From Nemertoderma westbladi (lineage: Eukaryota > Animalia > Xenacoelomorpha): a DNA stretch of 43,494 bases. The notes below the pieces were generated by a model. The model was not told where the DNA came from. It saw only the letters and a list, made by a program, of their open reading frames with translations, and ran no database searches. The stretch is taken from assembly GCA_032718475.1 (NCBI GenBank), contig JAUCBJ010005573.1, forward strand, positions 1 through 43,494, read 5' to 3'. Made by a program: the position numbers and the translations under genes. Every line of letters starts with the position of its first letter. Position 1 is the stretch's first letter. Of the stretch, positions 36,572 to 43,494 are shown piece by piece.

Positions 36572-37193
36572 TCAATAAGTAGCATCATGTTCCGCTAACC
36601 GTCTCTCTATCTCTTTCTTTAGTTCTAGATTACGTTGCTGAGCGCTGACCCGTCGGTACGCTGGACTACTCGTCTGGTAGTCGATCTTTTTTCGCGCCGG
36701 GAATCCTGTCCCGCTGTCAGCCCGGTAGTACGGTGGTTCGGAGGCAATGTCTGCGGGGGGAGGAGTCGCCATATACCGCCTCTCGTACTTTTTAAAGGTG
36801 GACGGCGGGAGAATTCTTCCGTGGATGTCGATGGGAGGATGTCTCGCCTCCGATCGAAGCTTCAGTTTATTAAACTCCTTCATATCTGCGAGGTAACGAT
36901 TTATCTCCGTTTCACGTTTATTTTTCTCCTTTATTAGCGAGACTTGGGAGAGGAACTTGGCGAATGTGTCAGCGTGTAACGCCGAATACTGCGGGATCTT
37001 AACGGGATACATAGCCGCAATAGTTTCCGGTACAGAGTCCGGATTTCCTCGGAGATTCAGTCCCGTTGTCTCCCGGAAGTTCTGCCAGATCATGGAGTTG
37101 TATTGTCGGTCGGGGTCCTTGGGGTACGGAGGTGCGTTGTCACCAGCAGTCTTCCAAAGTCGGTAAGCGCGGGATTTGTTCGAAGGGTTGAAC
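36572..37193 (-). CDS. TEX52: Terminal coding exon of a TEX52-like (testis-expressed 52, axonemal microtubule-inner-protein-like) gene
   Basis: The frame stays open upstream of the listed Met to an acceptor ctttag|G at 37194/37193 (FNPSNKSRAYRLWKTAGDNAPPYPKDPDRQYNSMIW...). Motifs PD..YNS.IW.NF, MYPVKIP and LRSEARHPPID..G.ILPP..FKKY recall TEX52. The stretch is GC-richer than its flanks. Upstream exons not located. Confidence 0.72.
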
Positions 37194-39473
37194 CTAAAGT
37201 GTATAGAATGACACCAATCAGTTAGAAGATCACTAAATTATTGTTACTTGTTTAAATAATTATCACAATTGTTAACCCCATTTAAAACGACGATGCATTC
37301 CTTAAACATTGAACCGGCGCTGTTCTCTACCACATCTTGGATGAATCACATTTGAGGTAACGATCTACTTAGGGAATAAACCCTCCCTTTTAAGCGCGAA
37401 ATGGAAATGATTCTGACTCCCTCCCTCCCACCAAAATACATCGTAAAAAAATTAAATCAGAGATAGTTGGACCTCAACTTTCGGTGTTGGTGGTTTTATT
37501 AAATCAGCGTTACGTCAAATTAATTATTCTGATCCAACATTGTTGTAATTACCACAAAATAATTCCGACCTCCCCCTATTTTAGACTTCATTGAACTGTA
37601 AAATATGAAAGATATTAATCGCATATATATAAAATTTAAGTAAATTAAGGGGGGGTAACTGAGGGGGGGTACCCCTCAGGAATAATTTTTTTTAAACAGC
37701 TCTATCTTCTTGTCATAGGTCAATATCACTGTTACGTGGTCTTCAGCCAACGTGGGGAAGGCCAAAAAGCAACAAAAATTTGAATTTTAAAATTTTTTAG
37801 GTCCCTCTAGCGGCGAGTGGCGGAATTAAATATTTCACTAAAAATGGTACTAGTCACTTAATATTTATCCACATTTTTTGAAGCCAACGTTTTTGGACTC
37901 AGCACCTTCGAATCTACAAAAATTATCCAGCCGATTTTTTTATTATTAATTTCTATGCAAATTAATTTTAAAATTAATAAAATTTATTAAAATTTTCAAT
38001 AAAAGTGAAAAAAAAATAAATAACTTTCAAATCTTCAAAAAACCTTCCAAACTGCCATAAATTATCGAATTTGGGTGAAAATATTTTAAAAAATTGAAAT
38101 ATCGTGAAATGTAATTCCGAGATAATTTGCTTTAAAGTTTGAACATTCCCGCTCAAACCTGACTGTCTGTAGTCTGTTAATCGTTCAGTAATGTTTGACA
38201 CTAGGCCTATGGCTTCATACCAACTCACTAAAATGATCAATATGGGGGTTCTCATGGTCGGTGATTTCATTTCTGATGTCAATTTTAATGTTTGGTGGCA
38301 TCTAATATGTCTGTCTGACAGTTTGACTGTCTTCTAAATTTTGACGGACAAACTGGTAGACTGAATGACAGCGAGAACAAAGTTCGCAAAATATTGTAAA
38401 AAAGATTAAGTGGTTTTATTTTGGAAAGGAACAATAGACTACATGACGTCACCTTCAAGGCAGAACCCCCTAAGTCGATTTTTTTCGATTTTCATGTTTT
38501 TGACTTTTTGGGTAATTCGATATCGGCTTTTTCGTCTGGCAGAACCCCGAAGCTTTTCTACCAGCCATTTTTGAGTTATAAGCCAAAGACAGTTCCCCGT
38601 AACTTATGCCCACTTCGAGGCAGAACCCCCCAAGTCAATAATTGGCTTGCAAAACACCGTAAATTCAAGTATATGAAATTCAGTCCACCTGGCAAAACCC
38701 CTTAAATCAGAAATAACAACCTGTAAAACCCCTTAAATCAGAAACAATAGCCTGGCAAAACCCCGTAATTTATCATTTATATACTGGTTTGTATTGCGGC
38801 CAGGACACAAATATTAATTAGGGACACAAACATTATTGAGGGACGCAAACATTAATGAGGGACACAAAACATTAATAGGGCAGGGGTCCATGGTTGCCAA
38901 TGGATATTAATATGAGCGATGGTGATGCTTGCCATCAGACGATTAGATATTAAGTGATTAACTGGAAAAAATACTACCATGGGAACGTGAGCTTCGATCA
39001 AAGTACCGCCGTTTCGTATACATTCCATCTTCCTAATTAGATGGAAATTAATTGAAAGCGACGTTCGGTTACGTTGTTCAGCTGCCTGTTTTGCTGCTAC
39101 CCCCCCCCCCCCCCCCCCCCCGGCTGGTATACCCCCATATTTTCAATTTACCTCCTACCACCACCATTCATGTTACCCCCCCCCCCCCCCCCCCATTCCT
39201 GTCTCCCCCTCATGTTCATCATTTTTTTACTCCTACTCCTTCCCTTTTTAGTAACAACATCGTTTATTGTTTTGGTTAGAAAAACCATCTCTGTAACCTG
39301 ATCCTTTCCTTCAATTGGCAATAACATAGTTTATTGGTTTGGTCAGATTAATATGTTATTATTTATTGTTGTTATTTTATTGCTTGACAGTAATGAGAAT
39401 TGTAATACTGTAATATATTGTATGTGTATGTGGAGTGGTAACATGAATCATACTAAGTGCGAAGGGCGATAGT

Positions 39474-41248
39474 GCCCATGATTAATGTTTGTGCCCTTGA
39501 TTGATATCTGTCCCTCGTTTATTGTTTGTGTCCCTCATTAATGTTTGTGTATCTCATTAATGTTTGTGTCCCTCATTAATGTTTGTGTCCCTCATTAATG
39601 TTTGTGTCCCTCATTAATGTTTGTGTTCCTCATTAATGTTTGTGTCCCTCATTAATGTTTGTGTCCCTCATTAATGTTTGTGTCCCTCATTAATGTTTGT
39701 GTCCCTCATTAATGTTTGTGTCCCTCATTAATGTTTGTGTCCCTCATTAATGTTTGTGTCCCTCATTAATGTTTGTGTCCCTCATTAATGTTTGTGTCCC
39801 TCATTAATGTTTGTGTATCTCATTAATGTTTGTGTCCCTCATTAATGTTTGTGTCCCTCATTAATGTTTGTGTCCCTCATTAATGTTTGTGCCCTTGATT
39901 GATATCTGTCCCTCGTTTATTGTTTGTGTCCCTCATTAATGTTTGTGTATCTCATTAATGTTTGTGTCCCTCATTAATGTTTGTGTCCCTCATTAATGTT
40001 TGTGTCCCTCATTAATGTTTGTGTCCCTCATTAATGTTTGTGTCCCTCATTATATTGTCCCTCTTATGTTTGTGTCCCTCATTAATGTTTGTGTCCCTCA
40101 TTAATGTTTGTGTCCCTCATTAATGTTTGTGTCCCTCATTAATGTTTGTGTCCCTCATTAATGTTTGTGTCCCTCATTAATGTTTGTGTCCCTCATTAAT
40201 GTTTGTGTCCCTCATTAATGTTTGTGTATCTCATTAATGTTTGTGTCCCTCATTAATGTTTGTGTCCCTCATTAATGTTTGTGTCCCTCATTAATGTTTG
40301 TGTCCCTCATTAATGTTTGTGTACCTCATTAATGTTTGTGTCCCTCATTAATGTTTGTGTCCCTCATTAATGTTTGTGTCCCTCATTAATGTTTGTGTCC
40401 CTCATTAATGTTTGTGTCCCTCATTATATTGTTTGTGTCCCTCATTAATGTTTGTGTACCTCATTAATGTTTGTGTCCCTCATTAATGTTTGTGTCCTCA
40501 TTAATGTTTGTGTCCCTCATTAATGTTGTGTCCTCATTAATGTTTGTGTCCCTCATTAATGTTTGTGTCCCTCATTAATGTTTGTGTCCCTCATTAATGT
40601 TTGTGTCCCTCATTAATGTTTGTGTCCCTCATTAATGTTTGTGTCCCTCATTAATGTTTGTGCCCTTGATTGATATCTGTCCCTCGTTTATTGTTTGTGT
40701 CCCTCATTAATGTTTGTGTCCCTCATTAATGTTTGTGTCCCTCATTAATGTTTGTGTCCCTCATTAATGTTTGTGTCCCTCATTAATGTTGTGTCCCTCA
40801 TTAATGTTTGTGTCCCTCATTAATGTTTGTGTCCCTCATTAATGTTTGTGTCCCTCATTAATGTTTGTGTCCCTCATTAATGTTTGTGTCCCTCATTAAT
40901 GTTGTGTCCTCATTAATGTTTGTGTCCCTCATTAATGTTTGTGTCCCTCATTAATGTTTGTGTCCCTCATTAATGTTTGTGTCCCTCATTAATGTTTGTG
41001 TCCCTCATTAATGTTTGTGTCCCTCATTAATGTTTGTGTCCCTCATTAATGTTTGTGTCCCTCATTAATGTTTGTGTCCCTCATTAATGTTTGTGTCCTA
41101 TATCAATGTTTATGTCCCACATTAATGTTTGTGTCCTACATCAATGTTTATGTCCCACATTAATGTTTGTCACCCTGATTAATGTTTGTCCCACATTAAT
41201 GTTTGTGGCGCTGATAAATATCTATCCCTCATTTAATGTTTGTGTCCA
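39474..41248. repeat. 19 bp tandem array (gtccctcattaatgtttgt), about 90 copies
   Basis: Directly visible. A variant block gcccttgattgatatctgt recurs at ~39493, ~39891 and ~40662. Confidence 0.98.
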
Positions 41249-41963
41249 AGTTGCTATAAGTTACTCTAGGTTGCCGGACGTTTTGGACAATTTGGTCAGC
41301 AACTAGCAACTTAATTTGAGCAACATTAACTTTTAGTCTCCGTTATATGAGGCATCTTTAACAGCAACAAAGTTCGCGTTTACATAGAGCAACTTGATCG
41401 GCAACCTGAAATGCTTACTAAGTTGCTGATAGAGTTGCTCAAAATGTTGCCACGTACTGTAGAAAAAACAGTCTTATTATTCGTCATGACGTACTGTAAG
41501 TGAACTTTACTTTAACGTAGCTGTAACCCTGTAGCTAGACTTTGTTCTTACTGTAGAGTACCACCCATGGCTATATTTTGTACTTAGAGTTCCGCTTTCT
41601 TGAATCTAAATTTTGTTCTTATAGTTCTGCATTTGGCTACATTTTGTTCAATTTGTATTGATACATGATTCTAACTACAGTCCCGTACTTATTTTAGAAG
41701 CAATTTATACCAAAATATCAAAAACTTATGGAGCCCTTTAGAATTTTGAATTCAAAAATTTCCAACATGTGCGCAAGTGTGTTAGCTATATTGTATGTGC
41801 TTATTTGTTATTATTGCGTTTACAGGTAATACTAACACCTGATCATGTGCTAGTTAACATGTTAGATAGCACTTATTAGCTAATAACAAATGCGCACATG
41901 TATTACGTGCGCACTACGCACTAAATAATTAAGGACGTACGATACGCCTTGGCTATTATTTGA

Positions 41964-42150
41964 TATATTTTGCGTGTTTTTTGTAAAAATTCGGACTTAT
42001 GGTGTTTTGCCAAATTGAGGATACCTTGTTTTCTAGGCAATACCCCGCAACTATCGTATAGTTACGGGATAATACCAGAAAACGGTGTTCCCCTTTGTTT
42101 TGGCAAAACACCATAAGTCAGAATTTTTACAAAAAAACCGCAATATATTT
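41964..42150. repeat. ~50 bp-arm inverted repeat
   Basis: ttttgtaaaaattcggacttatggtgttttgccaaa pairs with tttggcaaaacaccataagtcagaatttttacaaaa. Confidence 0.85.
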
Positions 42151-42651
42151 CAAAGGTAATTCTAAATCAAATTGAAAGTTTAATTATATGAATTCTATAT
42201 ATATTTAGTTATCAAAAAACACAATAACAAGTAAACTGAGGCATCTCTCTAAAAAATAAACAGTTTTTATCGATTATCTCAGAACTACAAAAATCGACTT
42301 AGGGGGTTCTGCCTTGAAGGTGACGATTGAATGGTGTTGGCCAACCTTATTTTTGTCTTTACCCAACCTCCCCCCCCCCCCCCCCCCCCAGGTTTATGAA
42401 ATATTTAATGGTTACTTGCAAAATCTACTAAGTAAACGTGGAAAACACAAAAAATTTTATATATAAGGCATAAATAAGCGACATACAAAAAAGAAATAAT
42501 CGCCTGGCACGTTTTAATATGTTTATTAATCATTTTAAATAACAGATAAGCATATTGTGTGTTTCTCCGTGTTCTGTGACACGGGTTAACTCGCTACTTT
42601 ATTAATGAAACGAATATTGTGGTCACGATATATTAAATTGCTACTGTCAGA

Positions 42652-42748
42652 CAGTAGAAATGCCCAAACCAAAATCCCGGGATTTTTGTTCTTTACTCCC
42701 GGGATTTCGGGATTGCATTTACTTCCGGGATCCCGAAGATAACCCTAG
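42652..42748. mobile_element. Small MITE remnant with cgggat/atcccg subrepeats
   Basis: Clustered cccgggat motifs ending in ataacccta (TAGGG-type terminus). Confidence 0.35.
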
Positions 42749-43494
42749 TTGCTAGGGTTATTTCAAAAAACTAAATATGCCATTAAATTCTTCATATCCA
42801 AAATAGTAATCTTTCATAGATTTTAACTCGTCATATATACTATAAGAGATGTTGCTATGGCAATTTCCTCTGTTTAAAACCCTCTAAAAACCAGCGCAAC
42901 CGTTTGGTGAAGTCTACCCAAATTTTTTTAATGTCCTATATACGTAGGGCCTACTAAACATCTATGTGGGGTAGATCCGACAACTAAAAATTCCTACGGG
43001 GTCACAGAGCATGTACTAGTAGGGGGCGGTCCCATTATTGGTGGTGAAAACGCTTTCTATTTAAAAAATACAGCATATTCTAGAACATTTTCTTTATGTT
43101 ATACAATTGCGTAGATACAAAACGATGCCACTTTCGAATGCCCATATATCAGCTATTTTTCAACGAAATTTAGATTGTGTTACATTACATATTTGGAATC
43201 CTTGCACAGCCAGCTTTATAATAGCACCAGAAAATCACTATAAGGTTGAAGAATCATTGCGGTGTAAATATCGAAAGATACACCATTTTCACACGCTTGT
43301 AGCTAAAGATTGAAAGCGAAAATAGAAATTCTGGCTCAACCAGTCAGTGGTCGGGAAGTGAAACTATCTTTGTTTAAAATGTCACGCATTCTCATTAAGA
43401 TATTTCAAAAAAAATTTCAGGGTCCAGGTACCTGAAAAAAACACTATATTCCAGGACATGGTCGACCTCTGTAATTAGGGCAAATACTTCATAT

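Larger units (their letters stand above)
38447..42325. mobile_element. 3.9 kb non-autonomous TIR element (possibly Sola-like) enclosing a satellite
   Basis: 37 bp perfect TIR cgtcaccttcaaggcagaaccccctaagtcgattttt (38447-83, 42289-325). Subterminal ggca(g/a)aacccc repeats. Flanks atga/attg give no clean TSD. Confidence 0.82.

Noticed and set aside
39052-39301. Proline-rich ORFs (also 2680-2916 and 30556-30843)
   Set aside because: Poly-Pro comes from poly-C homopolymers.

Overview
AT-rich, repeat-dense eukaryotic DNA, most likely from an invertebrate animal. This is inferred from a TEX52-like exon, Deu/Nin-type SINEs, RTE/CR1 LINEs and THAP remnants. Host coding content is small: two intronless minus-strand paralogues of a type II membrane DXD glycosyltransferase (GT32, A4GNT/A4GALT-like; 8498-9643 and 23655-24881) and the terminal exon of a TEX52-like gene (36572-37193). 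The rest is mobile DNA: a decayed RTE-clade LINE, a pogo-like TIR element with a nested MITE, a piggyBac-type MITE inside a CR1 3' end, tRNA-derived SINEs, Helentron/HINE-type elements, THAP transposase remnants and a 3.9 kb TIR element. There are also three large tandem arrays (30/31 bp palindromic, 31/37 bp modular, 19 bp). Best leads: patchy gene conversion between the GT32 paralogues; a 300 bp palindrome made of two head-to-head tRNA-headed units; two abutting HINEs with the same core but swapped, co-varying termini; structured RNA domains in the SINE tail and the LINE 5' region. I found no CRISPR or prokaryotic system and cannot claim a new system from sequence alone. All family assignments come from motif recognition by eye, not database searches.
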